DNA of 64,000 bases from Carcharhinus longimanus (GCA_030264375.1 JASCQW010000137.1:40565172-40629171), one strand, 5' to 3'. Positions 12,715 to 26,128 are shown, numbered from the stretch's first letter. Translations and numbers: made by a program. Notes: generated from the sequence alone by a model not told the origin.

Positions 12715-13138
12715 GGAGAATCCCCTCCCTGATGAGCTCAATGCATTCCACGTGCGTTTTGAGCAAGAGGTCAGTAAGAGCATGCCCTCCACCTTGGGAG
12801 CCCTGGATGAACCTGCATCTGGGGTCACCATTGCNNNNNNNNNNNNNNNNNNNNNNNNNNNNNNNNNNNNNNNNNNNNNNNNNNNNNNNNNNNNNNNNNN
12901 NNNNNNNNNNNNNNNNNNNNNNNNNNNNNNNNNNNNNNNNNNNNNNNNNNNNNNNNACTTTTGAATGGATTTACCTTGCATTAAGTTGATCTTTCTCTAC
13001 ATCCTAGCTATGACTGTAACACTACATTCTGCACTCTCTTATTTCCTTCTCTATGAATGGTATGCTTTGTCTGTTTAGCACGCGAGAAACAATACTTTTC
13101 ACTGTATGTTAATACATGTGGCAATAATAAATCAAATG
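12715..13138 (+). mobile_element. Rex1/Babar-type LINE fragment (gapped)
   Basis: LPDELNAFHVRFEQ matches the Rex/Babar motif LPDELNxFYARFE; 3'UTR after the gap ends aataaatcaaat. Confidence 0.8.
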
Positions 13139-13193
13139 AAAGAATTACTTTTAACAGAAATTGCAAAAGTGCTGCCCACTGTGTCAACTTATC

Positions 13194-13365
13194 ATAGGAT
13201 CCCTACAGTGCAGAATGAGGCCATTTGGCCCATCGAATCTGCACTGATCACAATCTCACTCAGCCCCTATCTCCGTAGCCCCACGTATTTACCCTGCTAA
13301 TTCCCCTGACACTGAGTGGCAATTCAGCATGGCCAACCAACTTAACCCATACATCTTTTGGACTT
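13194..13365 (-). mobile_element. HE1 SINE 3' half
   Basis: HER1-type tail (reverse complement ccctacagtgcagaa...ggccatttggcccatcg). Confidence 0.85.
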
Positions 13366-14047
13366 AGGTTCCCACCTTTTGGTCATCTTAGTAAATAGGA
13401 GATGCTAATTGTTGTAACTGAGAATTTTCTCAAATGGTTTTCCCTCTTTTTAGCCAGAGGTGAAACCTGTTGAAAATATTGTATTACTGTCGGGCGGGCT
13501 GTAGTTATTTGTTCTATAAATGTGGCAGTTGGTGATATTGGGAGTGCAGGAAATCCAGTATTGGTGCTGACTGCTAATGACGAGGCAATAATACCCCATG
13601 GTCTGCTGCAATATCTGACTTGCATTTTATTCTACTAATTAAAGTGGTTGTTCCTGCTGAAAGAATCAGTATTAGGTATTTTCTTTTTAATTTTACAGGA
13701 CGGAATAAATTCCTTGTCTGTCAGATGTCATTGCGTTCTTGTCAGTGTGAAGGTTCACATGTTCCAGTCCAGCAAAGTGCCTCATGCAATGTTCTCACAT
13801 CCCCTTTCTAATTCCACACTTCACATAGCTTTCTGGATAAGATCAGTTCGAAGAGTTAAATTGCAGCTGAATGTAAACACTCATGATTACAGTGAAGGGT
13901 AACATTCTGTCAAAGATCAGGCAAGGGTGAGGGTTGGGTAAGNNNNNNNNNNNNNNNNNNNNNNNNNNNNNNNNNNNNNNNNNCGGGTGGGGGAGGGGTG
14001 CGCTGGGGTTGCCTGACCTTTGCCTTTGTCTTGCCTCCTCACCTCTT

Positions 14048-14385
14048 TATAGAATCCCTACAGTGTAGCAGAAGGCCCATCAAGTCTGCATCGACTCTCT
14101 GACAGAGCCTCTAACCCAGGCCCTCCCACTGTCACCTCATAACACGCATGCATTTACCCCACTAAGCCCCTTAACCTACACGGCTTGCGATACTAAAGGA
14201 CAATTTACCATGGCCCATCTTGCCATATGCCGAGCCTGCAAACCTTTGGGCTGTGGGAGGAAACTGGAGCACCTGTTAGAAATCCACACAGAGGATGTAC
14301 AACTCCACACAAACAGTCACCCGAGGTCGGAATTGAACCCGGGTCCCTAGCGCTGTGAGATAGCACTGCTGGCCACTGTACCACC
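14048..14385 (-). mobile_element. HE1 SINE, full length
   Basis: tRNA head at about 14330-14385 and HER1-type tail at about 14048-14090. Confidence 0.9.
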
Positions 14386-15779
14386 CAGATCCAGCTCAGA
14401 TTCGGCCTGCGGGTTGTGGAGAATCTCTGACGTGGTTGCAGTGCAGCAACCTGTCTATTTACAGGTCCAACTGAAAATTGCATCAGCTGTGCCTAACTGG
14501 GATACCCTCCCTTCTGATCTTGCTGCAATGGTTGCTCATTTTCCAAGCAAGAAGTGGAATGGCCAGCATTTGGAAACACTCCTCTCTGCGCCAATATTTA
14601 TTTAAGTTGCCAACAAGCTGCAATTTCCAGATGAACCGAAAGCTGTTTTCTTTCCTCCAGTGATAAGCCACAACCATCATTTCAAAAGTTAATTCCAAGC
14701 TGTTATATTTTCATTTTTCTTTGTCTTTGAGCAATGCCAGTGCCTGTGCCGTGGATCGAGTTTAAGGTCACTGTGCACACTTAAGCTCTACTTCACTGTG
14801 CTCTGCTGTTAATCCAGCCTGTTATTTAATGTTCTCCTTTGCGTTTGCACCAAAACATCACTGCTTCGTTTCTCAGCTGTTTGAGTCGAGGCATAAAAAC
14901 AAAATGAGGAAGAAACAGCTGGTACGCAGCTTGTGATGGGTCTTCGGCAATGCTGAAAAGTACACTTGAAAAGCACATTAATTTCAGCGTGTGCATTCAA
15001 AATGAAGTTTGAATAGTGAAATATCATAGTTCAGGTTGCACGCTCTAAGGCACACACAAATCTTTACGTTTTTTTTCTTTCAATTAATGCAACAATTTTG
15101 TGCATTTATGTGCGATATAGAAAGAAGAATGTCCACAAGCACAGAAGTTTGTTTCCACCAATGGAGATGGGAAGGGGTCACCAGAAATTTGGTTGAAGAG
15201 ATTGTTTGGACTCCAAGGTGGAGAAGCTTAAACAGGGAATTCCAAGCCCAAAGTGCCAGAATGGCCTAGATCAGGTAGGATAGGGGCGTTAAGGCAAATG
15301 GGACTCGAACTGGGTTAAGAGTTGTGCAGCAAAGTTTGCCATGAGTTGAGGTCCATGGGAAATGAAGGATGGGATGCCAGCATCAGATTGCCGTGTCGGA
15401 GGTTTACAATGTCACGCGTGAGTGTTTCAGAGCAGAGGGACCAGAGTGTGGCAACTAGGGGATTTTCACAGAAACTTCATTGCAGTGTTAATGTAAGCTT
15501 ACTTATGACACTAAGAAGTTAACTAATTTACCTGAAGAATACCTGGGGCTGCCTCTGAAATTTGGGATGGGGCCACCGAAAACCCTGGGCCCTGGAACAC
15601 CACAGTAGTGGGTGGAGAAGCATCTAACAGGTGGATCTTCCAGCTTCAGTATCACCGAGGAGGTACATCTTCCAGCCACAGAGTGAACCTGGTGATGTCC
15701 ACATTTATCATCGATTCTGTCATCTTTTCCTAATATGAAGCAATTTATTTCTTTGTACCTTCAGCATTGACTTAATTAT

Positions 15780-16370
15780 AGCCTGGCTGATTGGTAACCC
15801 ATTCACCATCTTAAACATTCACTCCCCCCACCACTGATGCACAGTTGCTGCATATACAAGATGCATGCTGTAATGTACCAAGGCTCATAGAATCCCNNNN
15901 NNNNNNNNNNNNNNNNNNNNNNNNNNNNNNNNNNNNNNNNNNNNNNNNNNNNNNNNNNNNNNNNNNNNNNNNNNNNNNNNNNNNNNNNNNNNNNNNCAAT
16001 GCAGAAGGAGGCCATTCAGCCCATCAAGCCTGTGCCGACACTAATCCCGCCCAGGTTCTTTCCCCATAATCGCAAATATTTACCCTGCTAATTCCCTTGA
16101 CAATAAGTGGCAATTTAGCATGGCCAATCCACCTAACTCACTCATCTTTGACTCCTTCAATAGCTTTTTTTAACCTGTGACCTCTACTACCGAGTAGAAC
16201 AAGGACAAGCAGACACATGGGAACATGCCCACTCGCATGTTCCTAATAGCACTGTGGGTGTAGCTACACCACACATACTGCAACAGCTCAAAAAGGTGGA
16301 TCACCATCACCTTCTAAGGGGATATGAGGATGGGAAATAAATGCTTGCCTAGCCAACGTGGTTCACCTCC
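15780..16370 (+). mobile_element. LINE 3' relic sharing its tail with group B SINEs, interrupted by an HE1 SINE and a gap
   Basis: aacattcactccccc...atacaagatgca and tail gatgggaaataaatgct; HE1 piece at 15997-16150. Confidence 0.55.
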
Positions 16371-17324
16371 CAGGGAAAAAAGGGGGGAAAGAATAAAATA
16401 GTGAATATAAGGAGACCCTCCTGATAAGTCAAACCATTTTCTTTCTGGGGCATGGAACACAGGATTACTCCTCTTGGCTCCACAAAGAAGGTCAGTCTCC
16501 CCATCCAACATTTCATCCTCATCCCTAAGCCCTTTACCACAAGACAAGTTAGGTGGGAAGTGAATTGTTGACACTTAAATCACTATGGCCCCCCCCACTG
16601 TTTGTAGTGGGCAGGACACTAGCAGCGAGCATTAGCCCACCGTAAACCCACTCCACTTTATAATCCAGCCTTATATGTTGCCCAGTTAAATACATAATGT
16701 TCTTATAAGGAAGGAAACTACATTGCTTTGATTTGTACAATATATTTTAATAGCCAGGAAAGCCAAGCAAATTTTATTGCAATTACAGCTAGTTGAACTG
16801 GCTGGTTTTACTTCTAAATAAGTTTTTATTCATGCAAAATATTACTCTTTTAAATTTTGACTTGCATTCTTTTAGAATGCTGTTAGAATGACATGTGGGA
16901 CTCAGTGATGTGTAACTTGGCTGCCATGAGATGGAAAGTGCTTCAGTACTCTTTGGAGATTGGAGTGAAACTTTTTCCATTTGATATAATACTGCATTTC
17001 ATTTAAAATATTCATCAAAAGAATTTTATAGTATTTTAGATAACACACTGGGACACAGAACATGTTTTCAGCTTTGCTCAGTGGTAGCTTTATCGCATTC
17101 CACTCCAGCACAAGATCTAGTCTGACACTGCAGGGCAGCACTGAGGGCAGGTTATACTGTTGAAGTGCTGTCTTTCAGAGAGATGTTAAGCCAAGATGGG
17201 TCTGAAAGATCCCACAGCACAAGTTTGAGGAAGAGCAGGAAAGTTGTACCTGGTTTCCCAGCCAATATTTGTACCTTAGCCGGTGTCACTAAAGCTGATG
17301 ATCTGGCCGTAGGGTTTTACAGCA

Positions 17325-17840
17325 CAGAAAGAGTTCCTCCAGCCTATTGTATTTGCCTTGGTTATCAAGCACTTAAGTATCCTAACCACAGCCTTGTATA
17401 CTATGACATTTCAAGTGCTCATCTAACTTTCTTAAATGTGAGGGTTGCCACCTCTACCACCCTTTGGGTGAAAATGTTTTTCCTTAAATCCCCTTTTAAT
17501 CTCCTGCCACTTATCCTTAATCTACACCCTCTGGTTACTGGCCCCTCTACAAAGGGGAAACAGTTATTCCTATCTACGTCCTTCATAATTTTGTACACCT
17601 CTCAGTCAGTATCCCCTCAGCCTTCTCTGCTCGAAGGAGAACAACCCCAGCCTAGCCAACCTTTACTGCTACGCTCCAACCCAGGTAACATCCTGGTGAA
17701 TCTCCTCTGCATTTTCCCTGGTGCAATCACATCCTTCCTATAGTGTGGCAACCAGATCTGCACACATAGAACATAGAACATTACAGCGCAGTACAGGCCC
17801 TTCGGCCCTCGATGTTGCGCCGACCAGTGGAACCAATCTA
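17325..17840 (-). mobile_element. CR1/HER1 LINE 3' fragment plus a second LINE tail
   Basis: Encodes QIWLPHYRKDVIAPGKMQRRFTRMLPGLE; second tail atagaacatagaacattacagc at 17766. Confidence 0.88.
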
Positions 17841-18167
17841 NNNNNNNNNNNNNNNNNNNNNNNNNNNNNNNNNNNNNNNNNNNNNNNNNNNNNNNNNNNN
17901 NNNNNNNNNNNNNNNNNNNNNNNNNNNNNNNNNNNNNNNNNNNNNNNNNNNNNNNNNNNNNNNNNNNNNNNNNNNNNNNNNNNNNNNNNNNNNNNNNNNN
18001 NNNNNNNNNNNNNNNNNNNNNNNNNNNNNNNNNNNNNNNNNNNNNNNNNNNNNNNNNNNNNNNNNNNNNNNNNNNNNNNNNNNNNNNNNNNNNNNNNNNN
18101 NNNNNNNNNNNNNNNNNNNNNNNNNNNNNNNNNNNNNNNNNNNNNNNNNNNNNNNNNNNNNNNNNNG

Positions 18168-20296
18168 GCCCACTGCAGGAGAAGCAATTGTTTGACAATT
18201 GGAATTAATGGTTGGAGTTGACAGTTGGTGTCCAGGAGTTGTTGAGTTTGAGCTTTCTTAATGCTGTTCTATGTGTATAGTTGTTTTTTCCCATATAGAT
18301 TTCCTCCTCATTTATCTGCCTTGCTGTTCATCGATTGCTCGCAGCTATTACATTTGGCAATAAAGGGAAGCGGAACATTTTTCTATTGTAAGTCCTTGAA
18401 TCATAACCCTTTTCAGAAACACGACTACAACTTGTGAGTGTCAAATTGCCTTTAATTGGGAAGTTGGAACCATTTGACCTGAGACAGAGCTGTGGAGCAT
18501 CTCTGATTTTATTTTAAGCCCAATGAATGTTTGTGAAGTAAGAAAAGCAGAAGGTAACCCTTCTCACAGCCTGCAGGCTCAGACTATCATCAGATTTAAA
18601 GCCTTGTAACAGGAGGGGGCACATTAGGCTTAAATACAGAGTCAACCAAAGTCTACCAAGGGTCAGCAAAAAAAAGAAAATGACTCTTGTATGTCCAGCA
18701 TGAATCAGATTGCAATCTTCTCACACTTAGTGCACTGAAAGAACAGCCACATGAAACACGCTGATATGGATTCCCCAGGCATGTGACTCAGCCAAACTGG
18801 CTCGCAGCTGTACACTGTTAACAAGGGGGAGCTGCACTTCAACATCCCTCTGCACTCACAGCCAACCACGCCAGGAGAATGACAATGCAGAGATCAGCTC
18901 CATGCTTCATGGAGGTATTACTGAGAAGGCTTCTGGATGCAGTGGAGGAAAGATGTGGTACCCAGGTCAACACTGCAAGGCTGGGGACTGCGGTGGAAAG
19001 ACTGGGACAGGATTTTGTAGCCATTGGACAGCAGGGTCCAAGATGTAGCCAAGTCTCTGAGGACAATGGCTCTGGGCCTTGGAAGCATGCTGCAGACACA
19101 GCGGGTAATTGTGGAATGGCTCCAGAGCTTGGTCCAGATGCTGAGGTCCATTGCTGAGGGCTCACACACTATGGTGCAGACAATATTGAGCCTCTAGGAC
19201 TGGCAATGCCAGGTGACACAGAGGCTTCTGGAGCTCACTCCATGTGCCTCTCCATCGAATAGGGTGTCTCACGGATCTCAGGAGGAAATGCTACTGGCTA
19301 TCACAGGATCTTCCACACTGGAGACGTCAGCAATCCCCAGCCCTTCTAAATTCCCCCCTTCCAGCAATTTTCGCGGATTAGCACAATCTGCAACCCAGCT
19401 GGAAAACCACAGCCCATGTCTCCACCAAGGTTGAGAGAACTATTCAGATAAACAATACGTAAGAAGTTTCAGTAATGGTCTGAATTGGGTCGCTGGGGTG
19501 ATCGTGGCCAAGATGGGTCCAGTCTACATAGTTGACATACAAGAGAATGAAGAAGCATGTGGACCAATGGAGGAGAAGAGAACCACACACAGTACCAATT
19601 GAACAGTCTGTCCCTGCTATGCCTGTGAGTGTGGCTCCAGCAATTGTAAATGGAATCAAATCCAATAACTCTGAGGCGGAGCTGAGTAACATTCCAGTGG
19701 GAATTGGAGAGGTTACCACCATTAGAGCACCGGTACAAACTGGAAGCCCTTCTGCTTTCATTTCAGATGAAACTACATTGACTGATGAAGCAGCTGTTGA
19801 AGAGTTGCAATGCTGTCAACAGATTAGAAAATCTCCAGAGAGACTGAGTTAAGTGTATTCCCCCTTTTGCTGTTAATATTGTAAATAGTTTTGTTATTGT
19901 AAAATATTAATTGAGAAATTGAAGGCAGAGAGATATGGTGATGTGTCCCTTTGTGGGACGGGGTGGGGGGGGGAAGGATTATCGGGGGTCACATAACCCA
20001 TGGGCCCACTCTGAGGCTATTGATTGACAGTTGGAATTGGCAGTTGGAGCAGGATTTTTTGGCCAAGCTCACCCCAAGGCCAGAAAATTCCACCCAATGT
20101 TAATGGACATTTGCATGGTCCATGTCCCGCCCACTATGATTCACGTGGTGGGTGAGACAGTAAAATTTAACCCTTGGAGTCCAGGAGTCATTGAGTTTAT
20201 AAGCTTTCTTATCACTGTCCTACGTATGTAGTTGTTTTTCTCCCAAATAAATCTCCTGTTCATTTATCTGGTCATTGATTCCTCGCTATTATTACA
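18168..20296 (+). mobile_element. Internally deleted Gypsy LTR retrotransposon with both LTRs
   Basis: 5' LTR (gap to 18352) aligns with 3' LTR (19934-20296), both ending attaca. PBS relic ttggc, gag start LPLIGKLEPFD, integrase C-terminus YVRSFSNGLNWVAGVIVAKMGPV..KKHVDQ, purine tract before 19934. Confidence 0.88.
18880..19400 (+). mobile_element. Harbinger Myb/SANT-ORF relic nested in the Gypsy element
   Basis: QRSAPCFMEVLLRRLLDAVEERC resembles the Myb/SANT-like N-terminus APRFxxxxLxxLLDAVEER. Confidence 0.6.
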
Positions 20297-20944
20297 GCAA
20301 GTATGCCATATGCCTTTTTAACTACCTTAGCTACCTGTCCTGCTGCCTTTAGGGACCTCTAGACATGCATCCCAAGATCTCTCTGGTTCTCTGTACTTCC
20401 TAGCATTCAATCGTTCATGGTGTCCCTTGCCTTGTTCATCCTGCCAAAATGCATCACCTCTACTTTTCAGGGTCATTGTCACATTGCTTTGAATTGAAGT
20501 TTGCTGTGTACACATTGTTTACCTGTGTTTCAATAGTCAAAACACTTGAAAAACTCATGACCGTCTGTAAAGCACTTTTGAGATGTCCACAGGTCGTAAA
20601 CACACACAAGATTTTTGTTATTTTCTTCTTAGCAGCGGGTGGTTTAAAATGGTATTTAAGAAAATGTAGTAACTACATAAGAAAGAATCTCAGCCAAGTT
20701 CTATTAATGTGGAGTAAAATATTACAGACTGAGAAATTTTAAAGTAATAGTCCTTTTTTCAAATGTAAGACACGAAGTGTTATTTTTCTTTTGTCCTCTC
20801 TCCTATATACTAACTGTCGTATCTAGTTCATTATTATTGTACGCTGAGGGAGAATAGGAGGGAAACGAGTTTAAAATAAGCAACATGCTGGGATCCTCAT
20901 CACTGGTGACTGCCTTTGATTGTGAAATCTGAGATGTTAGGGCC

Positions 20945-21280
20945 CATTCTCATTAGTTGTATTATAATGAGACTATTCATCTAGAAACTCAGCTAATGTT
21001 CTTGGGATCTGGGTTTGATTTCCGCCATGGCAAATGGTGGAATTTGAATTCAATAACAAATATCTGTAATTAAGAATCTACTGATGAAACTTTTGTCGAC
21101 TTTGGAAGAAAACATATGGTACATTAATGCCCTTTAGGGAAGGAATTCTGCCATCCATTACATGGTCTGGCCTACATGTGACTCCAGAACCACAGCAATA
21201 TGGTTGAGTTTCAACTTTCCTCAGACAACGAGGGATGGCCAATAATGCTGGCCAGCCAGCGACGCCCATGCCCCAAAAAA
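20945..21280 (+). mobile_element. tRNA-derived SINE, group B
   Basis: agaaactcagctaatgttcttgggatctgggtttg...aataatgctggccagccagcgacgccc. Confidence 0.88.
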
Positions 21281-22715
21281 AGAATTTTTTAAAATGGCCA
21301 TTTTAGTAATCAAGATAAGCACGGAAATCAGAAGCACAGTTTAAAAAAAATCAACAGTAACCCCACTGACACGGCAGAGCATCACCGTCATTGTACGTGT
21401 ATCTTGCTAAATAGAAGATCAATCTGGTCTATCCAACAAAGCTCATTGAATGTACCGCCGTTTAACTCACAATGGAGTTTGAACAGTTCTGAATTTCAGA
21501 CCCAAATAGAAATTATTTTGTAAGTAATTCCTCCTTAATTTTAAGTAAACCCAAAGACAACCATTACATTTCTGATCAATGCGTGTGCACATTAAGCAAT
21601 TAAAAGACTGATGCACAAATCAACCTTTTGAAGGCATCAAGATGGGTGTGAGGTATGTTGTGGAAACTCTATAGATGAGAGCAAGAGAAGAAGGACTTGC
21701 TTAGCCTGGGTTCCACGGTGCCCTTGTCTGCGTAAGTGGCTCATGGACCCAGCAACCTTTTGAGTCTCATTACATTTTGAATGAAGATCACAGAATTTAT
21801 GTTCTGATTTGCAAAAAAGAGTCCAAACCCAAAGGCTGGAACCTGTCCAGCTTCTACAGTTTTTGTCTGCAAAAGAAGCCATTCTAATCCCATCGGTGTG
21901 AGCCTTTGACCCATGTGCCAAAGGGCCCCCAAAGAAGCTATGTGTGAACCATTCCAACATCCAAAAGGGACACATTCATCAAGAAGTGCACCCACTGGCT
22001 AATTAATGCACAAAACTACTCCAAATCTTAAAAAAAGAAGCACAGCAAATACAGTGATGTATTTACATCATGCTTATACAATGTAGACAGCTTTTATATC
22101 TTCAGACATAACATTTCAAAAAATAATTCACTGTGTGTGAAGTGCTTTGGGAAATACGAAGAGATGTGATAAGGCACAATATATTTGGTAGTTTTTGCTT
22201 TCTTTTTCTCCTTCATAATACTTGATTATCTGAATAAGATTTAAAAGTGGAGAGAGAAATTACTGATTGTATTAAAGAGAACATTAAGATAAACATGCTG
22301 CAGTCTTCACCCTTATGCAATGTTAGCTATGTCTGGGGAGATTTTAATATTTATAGAAATACAGAAAATGTTTGAAAAATAGGCAGGATTCATATTGTGC
22401 TATAAATTGTATTGAAAAATCTACATCCAGCTATCCATCATGCTCCTGATATGATGTGGTCAAATGCTCATTTTACCAAGACATAGTTCTGATTTTTCAT
22501 GGCGATCTAACTTGCACCCACAAAGGGGCAGGCAGTGCATAGTACATTCATTTCACAATGGGACATAGTGCACGGGACATCCATTTCAAAATCAGGCAGG
22601 CAGTGCCCAGGGCATTTAATTCATCTGATAATGTCAAAGGCCAAAGTCACTGTTGTGATCAGATTTACTTACATTTGAGTGAGCCACCAGCATTAAACAT
22701 ACTGCTTGTAGTTAG

Positions 22716-23116
22716 TTTGCCATTTAGGAAGGCAGAAAATCCAGTGGACCTGGTGCTTAAAGTCAACCTTGAAGGAGAAGGGGGAGTTTCCTTCAGTAGG
22801 GCCAGGGAGCTATGGAAACTTATGAAGCTGTTCATTGAAAAAGTCAAGAATGAGAAGAAGATTGTGTTACCCTCAGATCGAAAATGGGTGCTATGTCAAG
22901 GAATCAGCACACATAGAGGAAGAGAACATGGCGCGTTAATGCCAGCCACATCATTTCTAGGACATCACCGGAGCACTGCAGAACCACAATTACCAAAGAC
23001 TCTCTTCATAGATCTTTGAAGATTATGGGCCAATTGGAAGATGGGATTAGAATAAAGAGGCGGGTTGACTTTAAGCACCAGGAACACTGGATTTTCTGTC
23101 CTCCTAAATGGGCAGA
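22716..23116. repeat. About 53-bp inverted repeat (22716-22768 / 23063-23116)
   Basis: catttaggaaggcagaaaatccagtggacctggtgcttaaagtcaacc versus ggttgactttaagcaccaggaacactggattttctgtcctcctaaatg. Confidence 0.93.
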
Positions 23117-23139
23117 ATACATAATAGAAGAAATAGTTT

Positions 23140-23358
23140 GGATCTGATTTGGTTTATTATTGTTTCATATATTGGTATACATTGAAAAGTATTGTTTCTT
23201 GCACACTATGCAGACAAAGCATACTGTCCACAGAGAAGGAGAGAGTGCAGAGTGTGGTGTTACAGTCATAGCTAGGGTGTAGAGAAAAATCGACTTAATC
23301 CAAGGTTGATCCATTCAAAAGTGTGATGGCAACAGGGAAGAAGGCTGTTCTTGAGTCG
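23140..23358 (-). mobile_element. Rex/Babar LINE 3'UTR
   Basis: Reverse complement of 12960-13138. Confidence 0.8.
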
Positions 23359-23821
23359 TGGAAGTGGAAGAGCTATCACTGTCCTATAGGACACTGCTAA
23401 ACAACATCTTCAGTGAATGGAGGGCACGTAGCATTGGCTATGGTGAGGCAGCAGGCCAGAGAGGGACGGAGTTCTGGCTCTTGTTTCCTTCCCTTTTCTA
23501 CTTCACCCTCCAACATGCACAAACGCTCTCACATCATGGTTCCCTGGTGCTGTAAAGAGTTGCTACTTAACTGCTAACCCTTTCTGTTGTAAGAGGCAGC
23601 ATCAGTGCTTTGCTGGGGGCTTATCCAAATGGGGAGGCAAGAGAGGAATAGTGAGGAGTGAGGGGCGTAATTTGTGTGCCAGTTTAGGAAGCAGTAAAGG
23701 CAGCATCCTGGATTGTCTTTATATCATTGGGGACTGATTTAAGAATATTTTACAGGTTCTGCCTCTTTCCACAGGAACTCTGGTCTATTAAATTGAGGCC
23801 AGCTCAAACACTGCATCAAAT

Positions 23822-24085
23822 TTAAAATTTATTCATTAGTGGCGCCAGTAGGCTTACATTAACGCTGCAATTAAGTTACTGTGAAATCTCCTAGTTGCCG
23901 CACTCCATTTGGGTACACACAGGGAGAATTTAGTATGGCCAATGCACCTAACTTTGTGGGAAACCCTCGTACGCATGGGGAGAATGTGCAGACTCGAGGC
24001 AGACAGGCATCTGAACCAGGAATCTAACCCGGGTCCCTGGCAGTGTGAGGCAGCAGTGCTAACCGTTGTGCCACCATGCTGTCCC
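23822..24085 (-). mobile_element. HE1-like SINE with alternative tail
   Basis: Head ccctggcagtgtgaggcagcagtgctaacc; tail gtaggcttacattaac. Confidence 0.88.
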
Positions 24086-24159
24086 AGATAGTTTATTGGT
24101 ACTTTATTTCTGTGATTTATATCTCACTGCCCTATTTACACGAGGAAGATGGGATATTT

Positions 24160-24470
24160 TGTTTATTCTTTCACAGGATGTAGGCATCGCTGACAAGGCC
24201 AACATTTGTTGCCCTTGCACTGTGTGGCTTCCTCAGCCATTGCATGGGGCAGGTCAAAGTTATTCACATTGCTGTGGGTCTGGAGTTATGTGTAGGCCAA
24301 ACCAGGTAAGGAGGACAGATTTTTTTTCCCCAAAAGGACATTAGGATGGGTTTTTGCCATCAGTGATGGCTTCCATGGTCACCACTTCTGAGATCAGATT
24401 TATTATTCCAGATTTATTCTTTAGTTGTATTTAAATTGTACCAGCTGCTGTGGTGGGGTTCGGATTAGTC
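24160..24470 (-). mobile_element. Group B SINE, diverged
   Basis: gggtctggagttatgtgtaggccaaaccaggtaagga. Confidence 0.75.
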
Positions 24471-25754
24471 GCCTGGATTTTTTAGATGAAATCACTGCTA
24501 AAGACTTCTCATCCACATTAAAAGAATTGAGGAAGAGCGTGCATTCTTTAACTATTCAGTGCACAGAACATGCTGTGAGGATGTGGGCAGAAGTGGGGAA
24601 ACAGATGATATTGAATTCACTGTCCATTTTACATCCTGACTATTTTGCAAGGAGATGGATCAAGGATTTGCCCTGTCCACTCTGCGCGTTGGCTTTGTAA
24701 CTTTAAAAACGGAGCAAACTTGTTAAAAAAAAATTCTGTTCCATCGACTTCAGTGGGTTGTCAAGTTGTTTTCTCCCAAAATCACAATCCCCCACCCCCT
24801 CCGCCACCCCACCCCATCCCATCAGTGTGGATGTGTACTGGTGGAATGTACACACAATCAGCAGACAAAACCATAAACCAAATGTGAATGGTTTTGCTTG
24901 GCAATGTACGCTCCAATAAACAACATCAGCGCTGCAGTTGCCAGAAAGGAGAGGAGTGGGGGTAGTTAATCTCTGTTTACAATACACTTGCTTCATCTCT
25001 GGAGACAATCCCTCCCATCTAGCCCAGACAGAGGAGATGCACTGATGCTCCACAGCTGTTGGAAGTTGTAACGTTGAGCTGTCTCAACCCTAATTTTCTC
25101 CAGTGGACACATTCCACAGCATGAAAGTCNNNNNNNNNNNNNNNNNNNNNNNNNNNNNNNNNNNNNNNNNNNNNNNNNNNGTATTTTTTTTTAGAGTATG
25201 TATACAATTTTGATCTTATTCTTGAACGTTGTAAATTTCTGGTGACTTGCTGGTATTCAGATCTGCCTCGTATCACTGCAAAGTCAGCGAGTGCACATAA
25301 CAAGGCTCTTTTGATGTGAGCGAATGTGGTAACCAAGAGCTCACCCAGCTTAGGTCAGCAGCTAAAAAGTGAATATTGCTAATATCTGCTTATCAATCAA
25401 AGCAGAAGTAGTAGATGACTGCAATATGGCAGTGGGTGCCACAAGCATTTACCTCCCAGCTGATCTGAGGTCCCAATTAGTACCAGTTCCACTGATTAAT
25501 GATAATATAGTATTGTTGTGCAACCTATACCTGTACTGACTCTGTCAACCAAAATACCATGTGAATTGTGTATGGCTGTGACCTCAAAACATGAATTCTG
25601 ATATTGTAGTGGTTCTGAAAACAGAGCTGCTTGAGAAGAAAAATGTGTGCCTATGTTCAGGGATATGTCAAACCGTGCCACCCTTCTTACATTCTGATGT
25701 AATACGCCTTTAAGGGATAGTATCATGCTATCACTTTAAGGGAATTGTGTCAAG

Positions 25755-26068
25755 GGGGAAGCAATGGCCTAGTGGTATTATCGCTAGATTATTAATCCAG
25801 AAACTCAGCTAATGTTCTGGGGATCCGGGTTTAAACCCCGCCACGGCAGATGGTGAAATTTCCATTCAATAAAAAATATCTGGAATTAAGAACCTACTGA
25901 TGACCATGAAACCGTTGTCGGAAAAACCCATCTGATTCACTAATGCCCTTTAGGGAAGGAGGTCTGCTATCCTTACCTGGTCTGGCTGACATGTGCCACA
26001 GCAATGTGGTTGATTCTCGACTGCACTCCAAGGGCAACTAGGGATGGGCAATAAATGCTGGCCAGCCT
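25755..26068 (+). mobile_element. tRNA-derived SINE, group B
   Basis: A-box-like tggcctagtgg, B-box-like ggtttaaaccc, tail gggatgggcaataaatgctggccagcc. Confidence 0.9.
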
Positions 26069-26128
26069 ATGTTGGTTGCTGGTGGACACCATGCCGAACT
26101 CCGGAAGCAGACCAGGCATTGTTCCCCA

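Noticed and set aside
12730-12760. Isolated CTGATGA matches (also 58322, 19782)
   Set aside because: No stem II followed by GAAA.
13699-13902. Strong acceptor ttttaattttacag with open frames
   Set aside because: No convincing donor or recognisable peptide.
17165-17743. 192-aa ORF
   Set aside because: Runs through a Deu-SINE and an antisense LINE.
22558-23019. 153-aa plus-strand ORF
   Set aside because: No recognisable domain or splice context; likely chance.
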